A DNA stretch of 64,000 nt from Cyanophora paradoxa CCMP329 (taxonomy: Eukaryota; Plantae; Glaucophyta): the NCBI GenBank assembly GCA_004431415.1, contig QPMI01000685.1, positions 1-64,000 of the forward strand. Reading direction: 5' to 3'. The notes under the pieces are model-generated. The model was given only the letters and a program-made list of their open reading frames with translations. It searched no databases and had not been told where the DNA came from. Below, piece by piece: positions 23,648 through 36,450 of this stretch. Each line of letters starts with the position of its first letter. Position 1 is the stretch's first letter. Position numbers and translations under genes: made by a program.

Positions 23648-25559
23648 ATGGCGGAGGGCCCCGAGGGCGACGGCGAGGTACCGCAGGCGGCACAGTGCAT
23701 CTCGATCCGGCTAGTGGGCACGGAGCGCGATCTGGACGTCAACACGGCAGGAAAGCGTGCGACGACCTGGACACCGAAGTGCGTCCGTGCACGCGAGCGG
23801 ATCCGCAACTGCAATGCGGCGCACGCTCAGGCGTGCTGCGGCCGGGCGGCGTGCCGCCGGGCTGGCCGCATCGAATTCGAATTCCGGCGCAGGTTCGTGC
23901 ACCAGCTTGTGGGCGAGGGCGAGCGGTTCGAAGGCTACGAGGGCCTGCGCGTGGAACTCCTCTTCGACGCGAACGCGCGTCTGTACCTCTCCGCGCGCTA
24001 CGAGTCGCGGGCGGCGGGGGCGCGGCCGGCCGACGTCGCGGCGGCCTTCGCGGAGCACCTCCCGCTCGGCTTCGAGCGCTCGCGCGACGAGTTCTCCAGG
24101 GCGCGTCCTCTCCCGCCCCGCCCTTCGCCCCGCGCGGCCGACGGGACGGGCCCGGGGCGCGCAGCGGGCGGCGGAGCCGTGGGCGCCGGTGGGCGCCAAG
24201 CAGCACGAGTACGAGCTGCCGGGCGGGGAGCGCTTCGAGGTGTGGAAGGCGGAGACGCTGCTGGCGGGGCCGGGCCGCGCCCTCGCGCAGCGGCTCCAGC
24301 TGCTCGGCCTCCTTCTCATCGAGAGCTGGTCCCACCTCGAGCTCGACGACGACCGCTGGAGCCTCTTCCTCCTGTGCCCGCCTTCACCCGCCCGCCCCGA
24401 GCTCTGCGAGCTGAGCCGGCGTCCGCAGAGTCAACCGCGGCGGGCGGAGCAGCGGCGGGGGGGTAGCCCCGGGGCCCGGACCCGACTACATCGCAGGCGA
24501 GCGTACCCCCCTTCGATTCCTCGCGTACCCCCCTCCGAGCCTCCATCACCCGCAGGCTTTGCGACGGCGTACAAGTTCTTCGCGTACCCCGACAGCTGGA
24601 AGCTTCGCGTGAGGTCTGCCGTACCCCCGTCCCTCCGGATGTACCCGGCCCGCCGAATTCCATCGCCGCAGCCAAGTCGTGGTCCTCCCGCCTTTCCAGA
24701 GGGAAGGGCACGGCGGTGCGCGGGTGGTGGCCATCCGACCGCGTACCCCCCATCCGCACCGACGTACCACCCTCCCCCGCAGGCCGGCTCCTGCAGTGCA
24801 TGTACGACGACGCGAGGGCCCTCCAGGTGCCCCCCTTTTCCTTCGATCGCGTACCCCGCCGACCGGGGTACAGCACTCGGAGGTGGTGGTGGAGGACCCT
24901 TGCCCCGAGTTCCAGCGGGTGCGCGACCGCGTCGACCTCCGCAACGTCCTCGGGGACGACGACGGGGTACGCCGCGCTCTCCCGGCGGGCCCGTCCTCGG
25001 AGCCTTACGAGCGGGGGGCGGCCAGCGCGCGTTCTTCCCCGAGGAGGGGCCCGAGCGGCTGGAGGAGGGGGCGGCCGCCCGCCTGCGCGAGGAGCTCCTC
25101 CTCACGCGGGTGCGGCCCAGGCCACCCCCCCCCCCCCTCCTTCGCTCCCTTCCGAGCCCCCCGACGCTGCCCCCCCCGGCGGTCGCGCAGAAGCAGGCGG
25201 TGCGGGTGTTCGAGATGGTGCGGCTGCGGCGGACCAACCTCGCCGACCCCGACGCCTACAAGAGGCCCCGCCCCGCCCCGCCCCCTCCTCCCTCGCCGGC
25301 TCGCCCTGCTGAGGCGCGCCGCAGGTACAGGCTGCTGGTGAAGCGGCGGCTCGACGCGGAGACGCGCGCCACCGTCGCCGGCGGGCCCGCCATGGGGTGC
25401 ACCCTCCCCCGCCTCCTCTCACACCCCGCCTCCCTCCGACGCGCCGCCGGGGCCCGGGGCAGGGGGGAGGAGCGGAAGGCGCTGCTGGAGGGGCTGTACC
25501 GGGAGCTGGAGGGGGAGTACAGGGCCGTGCTCGCCTCCCTGGACAAGGCGCGCAGGTAG
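23648..25559 (+). CDS. HAT1: Histone acetyltransferase type B catalytic subunit
   Basis: FVHQLVGEGERFEGYEGL, LLIESWSHLELDDDRW, GFATAYKFFAYPD..KLRVSQVVVLPPFQREGHG and EVVVEDPCPEFQRVRD. Confidence 0.95.
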
Positions 25560-26288
25560 CGCGGGGCCCGTGTGTCGAAGTGTAGCCAGGATGTGCACGG
25601 GTCGGGCGGGGCCTCGCCACGGCCCACGATGCCACAAGGCCATGAGTGCAGTGGGGCCGTACATCAAGTTCCTGCCTCAGTGCTCGAGCTCATCGTGGCA
25701 TATCATGCACCATTACTCTACTTTCTAATTCGGTCATAGGCATGTTCGGTTTCGAACCCGTGCATGGCTTGTTTGGAACCTCGAGGCGAGTTTCGAGTTT
25801 CCAAGTTCAAACTCAGATCTAGAGGATCCCCGCTGGCCGCGACCGGGCCATCACGAAATCGTGAATTATCAGGGGCTGAATAATCATGATCTTGGCTGGT
25901 TGGAGCCTCGATCGGAGCTCGAGCGAGTTTCGAGTTTCGAATTCCAAGTCCAAACTCAGTAGTTGGGTTCCAATTCCCCGCGACGGCGACTGAGGATCCG
26001 GATGTCGATGCATATGCACATGCATATGCCATGATGATGCAGTGCACGTGACCGTCGACGTCGTATCCGTCGACATGAACATACAATTTACCGAAGCCTT
26101 CATGAACCGATCAGCACTTGTTGATCATGATATCTCTCTGGGCCCCGGCCGGAGTTCCGAAGTTCTTGAGGCCCGGAGTTTAATTTCTCATAGCTATAGA
26201 CTCTGAGAGACTGTGGGACATACAAGGGCAGCCTACACCGGTACAGACGCGAAAAGAAACAGATCTAGAGGCTCTCGGAGCGGGGACC

Positions 26289-29200
26289 TCAGCGGGGCCG
26301 GAAGAGCCAGAGGAGGAGGAGGAGGACGGGGGCCGCCACGGGCGCCGCCCGCACCGCCGCCGACGCCACCGCGCTCTGCTCGCCCCGAGCCGCGTGAGTA
26401 GAGAGCAGAGAGCGGAGAAGAGGGAGGGGATGGGAGGTTCTGGAAGGCAAGGGGCGGGGGGGCGGACATGGAAGACGGCCCAGGCGACGCGGTCCTTGAG
26501 CGCCGCGTCCAGCTCCGTCGACCTGCGCCCCGGCCCCGGCCCCCTCGCCTCGGCGCGGGGCGGGCGGGGGCAGGGGGGCTCCAGCGGCTCGGAGGGGGCG
26601 GACCAGGCGGCGGCGACTCCGGAGGAGAAGGCGCGGGTGCCGTCCCGCGAGAGCGCCCGCCCGATCGCCTCCACCACGGGGCCCACCTGCGCCCCCGCGC
26701 CGGTTGAGACCGGTCAAAGAAGGCTGCGGCAGCGCCTGGGGCCTAGCGCCTCGAAGCTTTCGAGAGCCGACTCGAGCGCCTCGCCCCCCGCGCCTGGCCT
26801 CCCTGGCGGCGGGGCGCACGTCGGCGGGGCGGCCGTTGATCTCCTCCGAGTTGACGCGGACCCACTCGTCGGGGCGCACCTGCCGCCCCCGCGTGAGGGC
26901 CCCGCAGGGCGCAGGGCAGCGAGCGAGCGGGGGAGGGCACCCCGAGGTGGCGCTCGAGGGCGTGCAGCTTCACGGGGAGGCCCGCCCTGCGCCCCGCCCC
27001 CGCCCCTCAGAATTGTCTCGTTTTGGCCCCCGCCGCTCGGCCGGAGAGCTTGGGAAGGCGCGCCTCTGGTCGACGGAGAAGACGTTGGTGAGGACGGGGA
27101 GGACGGGGACTCCGGCCGCCCGCAGCTCCGCCAGCAGGCCCCGCACCTGCCGCCCCGCGTTGGACGGGGCGGGGCCGGCGGCGGGGGCCCGGGCGGGGCG
27201 GGGCGGACGGCGGGGGCCTGTCGGGCCCGTCTCCGGCGGGGAGGAGGGAGGAGAGGGGCGAGACGCAGAAGAGCGCGAGATCCGGCCTGCCCCCGCCCCC
27301 GCCGCGGTCAGAGAGGGGGAGAACAAGGGCGGGGCGGGGCGGGGCGGGGCGGGCCGGCGGTAGCCCGGGGCGGCGGCGTCGTCGGGCCCGGCGAGGAAGT
27401 CGCGCCGGAAGGCCGCCACCTCCTCCGCAGTGTACCGCTCCTGCCCCGCACCGCCAGGCCCGGCCCGGCGTTGGGAGGGGCGGGGCACCCGGGGCGGGGC
27501 GGGGCGGGGCGGGGCGGGCGGACGAGGCCGTTGCGGTCGAGGAGCTCGAGGAAGCCGAAGCGCACGACGCCCTCCCCGCTCCTGCCCGGAGGAGAAGTTA
27601 GAGGGGGGAGGCGGGCCAGGCGGGGAGGGGGCGGGGGGGGGGGGGGGGGGGGGGGGCGGGGGCGGGCGCCTGCGGTTGGGCACGAGGTGCGTCTGCTCGG
27701 GGAGCGCCGCCGCCGCCGCCGCCGCCAAGGAGCCGGGCGGCGACCCCGCCTTCCCCTGCTGCAGCACCCGCTGCCCGAGGGCGTCAGGCCCGTCCCGGGC
27801 GAGGGAGGGGGAGGGGCCGGGGCGCGCCTGGGCGACGGCGCGGACGAGGGTGGTCTTGCCGCTGCCCGTCGGCCCGAGGAGGAGCACGCGCGCGAAGAGC
27901 ACCACCGCGGGGGCCTGCGCCGGCGAGGCTGAGGCTGAGGGGCGGGGGAGGGAGGGAGGGAGCGGGGCGGGCCTCGACGCAGTAGAAGTCGGAGAAGAGG
28001 CGGAGCTCGGCGTGCGTCTCCCCGCACCGCGTCCCCGGCCGCTCGAACGCAGCCGCCAGCGTCCCCTGCCCGCGCCTCAGCGCCAGGCGGCGGGGAGGGT
28101 GGGGAAGCGCCGCACCGGGGCCTGATCGGGGGGCGCCGGCCTCCCCTTCGGCTTGGCCGCGGGGGGATCCTTCGGCAAAGGGGCGCGCAGCGGCGCCCAC
28201 GAGAGCTCCTTCGCCGTGTACGTCACCTGCTCGTACCTGTACCCCCCGTCGGATGGCGGCCGAGAAGAAGCGCAACGCGGGGGGTACCGGAGCTCGGCGG
28301 CGGTGACGGTGTAGAGATTCGGGCCGCTGGCCTTGAAGACGAGCTGGGGTACAACGATTCGGGGGGGGAAGAGGGGAGGGGTACGGGGGGCCTGCGGGGG
28401 GCGGACCTGGCCGGTGAGGCCCTCGACGGCGCCGAAGCAGCCGGGGGGCGAGTCGGAGGGGGGGGAGAAGCCGTGGGGCGAGGCGTCGCGGTCGGCGAGG
28501 GCGGGCCGCGGGGCGTGGGGCGAGGCGGGGGAGACGGCGGGCCGCGGGGCGATGTCCGAGGGCGCGTTGAACGTCGAGTAGGGCGGGGCCGGCCACGCGT
28601 ACGAGTACCCCGCCGTGAGACTGCCCGCCCCGTCGGCCCCGAGCCGCTTTTCTTCGAATTGGGCAGGGGGGTACGGCGGCACCGGTGGAGGAGGAGCACG
28701 TAGTTGTCGACGGAGTGGCGGGCGTACAGCTCCCCAAAGGGCGCGAGCTGCGGAAAGGCTGATGGGGGGGGGAAGGGGAGGACGGGGGTACGCCGCCGCG
28801 CACGTGGTGCCCGCGGATTTTAGAGTCGAAGTGCGCCGCGTCGACGACACGCAGCTCGACGGGTACGTTCGCCCGCGCCTGCGGCGGCGGAAAAAATGAG
28901 CGGGGTATCAGTTGGCGGGGGTCGGGGTAAGCGTCTACCGCGTTGGCCGCGGCGCTTGCGGCGGCGGGCCTGCGCGAGGCCGGTCAGACAGGGGGGTGCC
29001 GGCTGCCTCGGGTGGGGGCGGGGGTACGGTTTCTCTGGCGTAGGGCTGGCGCTCTTGCTGTCCTCAATGACCTGCAGGGGGAAGCCCTGAGATCTCCTGG
29101 CCCTTGGGCGGGCGAGCGCGCCGGGGGCTACGTGCGCGCCCACATGCGGGAGAGGGGCCGGTAGGAGAGGTCGTCGGGGCGGAGGAAGCCGAGCAGCAGC

Positions 29201-30766
29201 TTGTCCGCCGGCCGGGGCGCCCACCCCGCGACGCCGCCCGGCCCCGACCCCGCCTGCGCGGCGCGCCTCGTCGGCGGCGCGCGGAGCGAATCCCACTCGG
29301 CAGCTTGCTTCGGGGCACCTGGTGGGGCGGGGAGTGGGAGACGGGGTGGGCGGGGTGGGCCCCCCCGAAGGCCCCCTTGATCAGCATCTGCACGAAGGGC
29401 ACGATGTCGTTGTCCGCCACGAAGGGGTACACGTGCTGCACGGCGAAATCAGGGGGGAGGGGGGGGGGGGGGCGAGGGGTGGGGAAGGCGGGCCTGGTGC
29501 CAGGGGAAGCGGGCGGCGAGGTGGGCCCCGCGAACTGCGGCTGCCCGAAGGTGAAGCAGCGTGCCGTCCCGCCACCGTCCGCCACGGCCCGCCCTCCTGC
29601 GACCCGCGGGGCTCGGAGGGGGGGGCGGGGTCCGGGGGGGCGGGCGGGCTGCCTCGGGCTCCCGCTCGGCGGTGAGGAGGATGCGGGCGAGGACGAGGCA
29701 CGCCACCGCCCCGCCCATCGAGTGCCCTGCGGCCCCGCCGCCCGCCGCCCCGCCGCCCCGCCCGCTCAGCGCCCTCGCCGAAGAGAAGGGGCGGGGGCGC
29801 GGGGCGGGACCGCAGAGGACGAGGCGCTTGCAGAGGCGGGCGGCGGTCTCCACGATCGCCCGCACCGGCACCCGCTGCGCCCGCGACAGGAACCCTGCCC
29901 CGCGTGAGGCCCCTCCCGCCCCGCCCCGCTTGGAGGGCCCCCGGCGGACCCTGCGGCGGCCCGTCAGGGGCGGGCGGGGCGCCGCGGGGCGGGGGGCGGG
30001 GGCGCCCCCGGGGCGGACCTTGTGGACGACGCCCAAGTCGGGGTCGCTGACGGCGTCCGCGGTGAAGTTCACCGCCCAGTCCCGCGGCTCCTGGCTCCCC
30101 CTGCGCCACGCCCCGGCTCGGGGGCGAGGGCGCGAGCGCCGGCGGCCGGCGCCGCGCACCGGAAGGCGACGTAGAGGGTCGACTCGTCCTCCGCCCTGCG
30201 CCCGCCCCCGGCGTCACGGCGCCCGCGATCCGCCCGGCGCGGAGCAGGGCGCGCCAGAGGGACGGCTGGAACGCGTGCGGCAGCGTCCTCTGGATCCGCG
30301 CGAAGGGGACGGGCTCGCCCCGCTCCATCACCCGCCCCTGCGCCGCCGGCGCCGCGCCCCCGCGTCAGCGAGCGCCGCACGCCGAGTACGCTCCCGTCGC
30401 GGCGGCCGGCGGCGGCGGCGGCAGCAGGCGGCGGCGGAGGACCTCCAAGATGCGGAGCGCATCCGCGCAGGCTCGATCGTCGTCAAAGTAGACCGCTGAG
30501 CTGAGGTGGATCGAGCCGTAGAGCTGACGAAGAAGCTCCGCGTCGACCGGGATGCGCAAGTGGACGCACAGCGCCTCGAGCGCGTTGGCTTGCGCATCTG
30601 CGGTCGCTCGCTCGGCTCGTGGCGGCGTTGGAGCGCGCCAGCCTCGCGCACCTCTGCTCGGCCCACCTCCCATCCTCGGCGGCCAGCGCGAGCTCCGGCG
30701 CGAGATGGTCGGTCGGGGTACGCCGAAGCGGCGCAAGTTGGCAAGTGAGGACGATGTCGACGGCAT
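26289..30766 (-). CDS. Class 3 lipase fused to a C-terminal P-loop NTPase domain, with a hydrophobic C-terminal tail
   Basis: LYVAFRGS, VHKGFLSRA, LCGHSMGGAVA (GxSxG), CFTFGQP and DIVP. Downstream VLLLGPTGSGKTTLV (Walker A) and PVLPVLTN. Same strand, linked by introns, no intervening intergenic DNA seen. Confidence 0.8.
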
Positions 30767-30901
30767 TTTTGAGTGTCGCGCCGACGTCGACGGCCCAGCG
30801 CCGCGCCCCGGCATGCTCCTCCGCCGTGGCCCGCCCTGCGACCCTCGGCGCGTCTCGGCGTTCGGCGCGGTGCGGCGCGGCCTCGTCATCCGTCTTCGGC
30901 T

Positions 30902-32310
30902 ATGAATCTACCTGCAATATGCGGTCTTTCGAACCTGCCAGACCGGCGGCGAGGGCGCCGCCGTCCTGGGCGGCGCGCGCGGACGCGTCGCCAGGCCTCG
31001 CCGTGCGCGAATGCACGTCGCCCGACTGCAAGCATCGCTCGTGACCTGGCGCCCCTGCAGGTGGACAATGCGATGGAGGCGGTGCGCAAGGAGCGGAAGC
31101 TGAAGCTGCTGCTCGCCGTTAGCGCCTCGAACCGCGGCCAGCTGACGACGCCCGAGGAGCGGTGCGCCACCGCGTTCGGCCGCCCGGGGCAGCGCTTCCG
31201 CGCGCGGCCCACCGCCGCCGCCGCCAGCGCGCAGATCGAGGCGCTCATCGGGTCGCTGGAGGAGGCCACGCCGCACCCCGCGCCCCTCACCACGGGGCTC
31301 GGCGACCTCAGTGCGCCCCGCAGCTTCCACGGAACGATGAGGGGGGCGCTGATGGCCGGCGCAGACGGCAGCTGGCGCCTCCTGTGGAGCACGGCGGGGG
31401 AGATCCGCCGTGCGGCCGTACCCCCTCCCCACTCCGCAGGCCTCCCCGACCCCTTGGACACCAACCGTCCCCTCCATCCCGCCGCGCAGGACTTCTCTCC
31501 CTCCCCCTCACCCTCGGCTCCGTGTACCAGGTCCGCGTACCCCCCCCCCCCGGGCCCTCTTCTGCCCCGCCGTCCTGTACCCCTGAGGGCAGCCATACCC
31601 CCTCCAGAACGTGAACGTGTCGTCGGGCTCCTTCGAGAACGTGGCGTACCTGTCGGTGCGGATGTACCCGCGCGCCCCGGATCCGGTACCCCCGACCGCT
31701 TCCGATTCCGTTGCGACCCCTGGCAGGCGGGACCCCTCGCCCGCGGCTTCGTTCGCGTCAAAGCGACCTTCTCGGCGGAGACCGACGTGCGCCCTGTAAC
31801 CCTCCAGAAAGTGCGGGCGTCCCTCAGAACCGCACGTACCCCCGCAGAGGATCATTCGCGTGAAGTTCACGGAGCGCCAGTACATCGCCGAGAGCTTCCT
31901 CGGTGCCCCCTCTCCTCGCTTCCTTCGTTCGCTTCTCTGCGCCGCGAACGCACGGCGGGGCCAGGGCTGCCGGCGCCGGCGGGCAGCGACGGGGGCGAGT
32001 TCATGCTGGGGAGCCAGGTGGGTGGGGGGAGCAGGCGGGGCGCCGGCCGCTGGGCGGGGGCGCCCTGGGGCTCAGCCTAGCCTGGGCGCGCAGGCCAACC
32101 CCGGCGGGGGCACCCTGGAGGTGACCTACCTCGACGCCGACATGCGCATCGGTGCCCGCGCCCGCCGGCGCCCCTCCTCGTCCCCGCGCGCAGTGCCTTT
32201 CGGCCCCTCGCCGGCCGCTGACGCGGGCCCCGGGCGCCACAGGGCGGGGGGGCGAGGGGAGCCTCTTCGTGCTCACCAAGGCGGGCGCCCAGCAGCCCCC
32301 GGAGCCTTAG
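30902..32310 (+). CDS. Plastid lipid-associated protein / fibrillin (start uncertain)
   Basis: KLKLLLAVSASNRG...IEALIGSLE, DGSWRLLWST, LGSVYQ and LEVTYLDADMRIGRGGRGSLFVL. Confidence 0.9.
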
Positions 32311-33383
32311 CAAGGCCTCCGACCAGCGACTGTGCCGCCGCCACCCGCTTCCGGAGCGCCCGGCGGCCGCGCGTCGGCCCCCGCGCCCCGGGCCGGCCTC
32401 CGACATGGTCCATAGGCTACAGCTGCTGCCCGGGGCGCGGCCCTAGGGGCCTAGGGCCTATTTAGCTAGGCCCCTGGGGCCTTAGCTAGCCTCTCAGGCT
32501 ATGCCTAGCCGCCTATAGCCAGAGGCGGCTTAGGCAGGCTAAGGCAGCTGGGCCGCCTGCCAGGCTGGGACAGCCTGGGACTCAGGCTGGGAGCCGCTGA
32601 GCCTGCAGCTGGGAATCGAACAGCCTAACAGGGCCTCTCATCTGAAGATTTAGATCTACCTGGGTAAACCGATATCGATCGCGGCGTCGATCATCGCGCT
32701 GCGTGATCGACTACTAGTAGACTATAGCTAGTAGCAGACTATACTAGCAGTCTAGCACTGCGTCACGGCGTCACATATCCATGCAGATTCGCTGCAAGCT
32801 CACCCTGAGCTTACCAAGTTGGGGCTCGGAGCCTGGAGGGCCAGTGGAGGCCCTGGATGGCCGGAAAAAAACTGCAAGTAGGGAATCTAGGGATCGCGGC
32901 GGGTTACCGCGGGTATATGCGTCTTGCCGCCGTCGTCTGCCGTCGTCCGCGCGTCCATGATCCGGATCCATCCCGCGCGCGCGCCGCGCGGCCGAGCTCC
33001 CTGAAGCTATGAGCCTATGACACGTACTTTCTACACATACGCACACTCGACGCATCGCTGAGCGCACGCGTCCAGCGCTTCATGCAAGCCTTGAAGAGGC
33101 GCTTGCGATTTCAACCTCCGGCGGTTGCTTGCGTACGGTGCGGTCCACGCGTCGCATTATCTCCATCAGTTTCAACGCCGTCTTTCTTGCAGATGATGCG
33201 ATAGCACCGGATCTGGGCGCGCTCGGAGCGGGGATCTGGGCCAGAACTACAGTTCTCTACCCAGTGAATCGGCGTCTGTGAGGGCCCCGCTTTGCGAGAA
33301 CTCGCTGAGGAGGCGGGAGACTCGCTCGAGTTCCTTATCGTCGATCGGCGAGCTCGTCGCGCTGCCAGCAGGCGGCCGCCCGT

Positions 33384-35539
33384 ATGGATTCGGCTCCCGT
33401 GCGCGGATCTTCAAGCGTGGGTCACGCGCGAACCTCACGCCTCGCGCTGCAGCACTCCGAGGCGCCGATGGATGCGGATGGGCTGGAGGCGCTCGCTCGG
33501 ACGCTGTCCGACAAGAAGGTCTGCCGGCAGCGCGCCCCTTCACCCACGCCGCCCCCGCTCACGCGCAGCAGGCGGACTGGGAGAGGAGGAGGGACGCCTG
33601 CCGGGCGCTGTCGCATCTGTCGGCGTCGGGCGCGCCGTCTGACCAGCAGCTGCTCTCGGAGAACGCGCGGGCGGTCGGATCGGCGCTGGCGGTCGCTCTG
33701 GCGGACCTCCGCTCGTCGGTCGTGCTCGAGGCTGCTCAGAGTGCGCCCCTCCGCCCTCGAATCGCGCTGCCGACCGCCGCCGACGATCGCGGCGCGCAGC
33801 GGTCGCCGCCGTCTTCCGGGGGCCGGAGGGCGAGCCCGGGGGCCGCCTGGCGCCGGCCCTCGTGCGCACGGCCGCCGACGTCGTCATCCCCGCCCTCCTC
33901 AAGCAGGCACGCCCGCCCCGCCGCCGGCCGCCCCGGCGTGTCGCTCACCGGCGCCCCGGGGCGGCAGGCCTGCTCGGGGAACAGCGTCATCGCCGGCATC
34001 TGCACCCGCGCCCTCGAGAGCCTCATCAGCCGCTGCCACGACTGCCGCCTCCTCAGCCGCCTCTGCGACTCGGGCGGGGACGGGGTGCGCGGGAGCGAGC
34101 CGCCTCCGCCGGCGGCCGCGGCGTAACCCCGGCCCCGCAGAGGAGCGACATCCTGCAGCTCTGCATCGTCGAGAACGTCGTCGTCGCCCTCCGCTGCTTC
34201 CCACAGACCGGTGCCCCCCGCGAGCCGCCCCCCGCAGCCCCCGCGCCCTCGCTGACCGGGGGGCGGCGGGGGGGCAGAGCTGGTGAAGGCGGGGGACGTG
34301 CTCGAGGCGGCGGTGCGGCGGGCGCTCGGCGACCCGTCGGCGCCCGTCCGCACCACCGCCCGCGTCGCCTACGGCTACCTCCTCAAGCACCTCCCCGAGC
34401 GCGCCAGGAGGCACGCACGACCCCCCGCCCGCCCCCGAGCCCCGCCGGCCCCGTCCCCGTCCCCGCTGACGTGCGCGCAGGGTCTTCGGCTCGTCGGACG
34501 CGCCGCTGCAGAAGCTGCTGGCGGCGGTGCGGCCCGGGGATTTGCCGGACGGGCTCGCGGCGGCCGGCCCGGGCCTCCCCGCCGCGAGCCTCGCCCTCTC
34601 GGGGGTCTCCCTGGGCTCGCCCCTCGCCTCCACCCGCCGCCGCCGCGCCCCCGTCTGCCTCTCGCCGACCCCCGAGGCTGCCCCCGAGCCCGTCCCCTCC
34701 CTCTCCAGCCCCTCCCGCTCCCGCACCCTCCGCCGCGGCCCCGGCGCCGGGGTCGAGCGGCCGACGACGGACCGGCCGGGGCCGCACCAGCGGGGGGAGC
34801 CGCCCGTGGTGCGCGACCGTGGGGCCGTCCGCTCGGACCCGGGCCTGCTCTCCCGCGCCCGCCGCGGCGTCCTCGAGGGGGTCGCCATCCCCGCCGAGCA
34901 CCGTGCGCGCCCTGCCTGCCCCGCACGCTTCCTCGCCCTCCGCCGTGCCCCCTGACGGCGTGGCCTCTCAGGGAGCGACGCGTTCCCGCCCCTCGTCACC
35001 CCCCGCTGGGAGGCCCCCGCCCCGCTCGCCCCGCACGCCCCCTCCGAGCCCTTCTCGCCCCCCCGGCCCTCTCCGCGCGCCGCCGCGCCGACGCGAGGGC
35101 GTACCCCGAGCCGCTGGGCCCGCCCTCGCCCAAGGAGGAGTCCCCCGCGCCGACGCCGGCGCGCATGGCCGGCGCCAACCGCGCCCGCCGCCGCGTCGGC
35201 GAGCCCGAGTGGACGTCGACACCGGGGTGCGCTTGGGCCCGGCCCCCGCCTGCTGCTCTTGTGCGCCCCGATGCTGACCCGGGGGCGGCGCAGCTCGCGC
35301 GCCGGCTCGGCGTGGTGGGAGAGCCCGGCGGGCACGCCGGCGGCGGCCGCGGCGCAGGGCGCGGGAGGCCGCGGGAGCTGGCGCCCGTGCCCCTCCCCAT
35401 GCCCTGGGACGCCGACTGGCCCGAGGCGAGCCCGGCGAGGGCCCGGGAGGCGCCCGGCGGCTGGCGCCTGGTGCCCCACCCGCCGCCGCCCGGCCCGCCC
35501 CGCACGCACACCCTCGTCGCCATCGGCATCGCAAGCTGA
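33384..35539 (+). CDS. CLASP_N/TOG (HEAT) domain protein with low-complexity tail
   Basis: DWERR.DA, LADLRSSVV.EA, VIPALLK..SGNSVIA and ALGDPSAPVRTTAR.AY. Confidence 0.85.
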
Positions 35540-36450
35540 CGCCTCGGACGCGCTTCGTCCCTCTTCTTTGAATTCCTGCGTTTGCTTCTTGGAGTCTCCA
35601 TTTTTGCAGGACGATCCGGGTTTCTTTTTGTTCTTGGGGTTTTTCTATGCTCGATATGAGTGTTTGTGAGTGACATATCGCAGACTTATTAGTATGCAGT
35701 GCGGACACGCGGACACTGACTCTCATATGCAGTTCTAGTCTATCTTTTTCATCCATGTCACATACTATAAATACCTACGGGCCCCAGGGCTTTATTCAAT
35801 AATTAAGTGCTATCGATTCAGATGCATATGTGCTCGCTGAGTCATTTATCAACAAGGAAGTAGGATCTGCCGACGATATCAGTGGTACTGGTAGTACTAG
35901 TGTACATAAAAACATAAAAATCCTTTTGGTAACGACTTCGAAGAATTGGCAGCATGCCGACGTCGACGACCGCAAGGCCTACTAGGCTAGGCCGCGCCTA
36001 GCTAAAGGAAATGATCATGAATATTCGAATTTGACGACTCCGGACAGATCCAGATTTGAGCTCGAGTTTGATCGAGCCTCGGAGGCTCTCTCGAGCTCTA
36101 GATCTGATCATGATCATGAGAGGGGCCGCGGTCGCGGGCCCGGCCCGGGCCGCCCGGCCCCGGAATTCGAACGTTATATATAATTAACGTTAACGCAAAC
36201 GCATTCGAATTCGAACGCGAGCCGGCGCCGCCAGCTGCAGGCCGGCCGCGGTCGCGCCGCGCCGTGCGCATGCCGGAAGCCCGCGCGCGGCCGCGCGCGC
36301 CGGTGCCGGCCGTGGCCGGCGCCATGGGGCGGTAGTGCACGTGCTTGCAGGGAGGTTGGGAGGGGTGGGGGGGGGGGGCGCTTGGGCGGGTACGTAGTGA
36401 AATTAAGCGAAGGCTGGCTCGATGAGTTTCCTGGATACCTGGCTGGTTCG

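Noticed and set aside
27620-27665. Long G/C homopolymers as functional G-quadruplex elements
   Set aside because: Such runs are common in introns throughout the window and their lengths are unreliable in assemblies.
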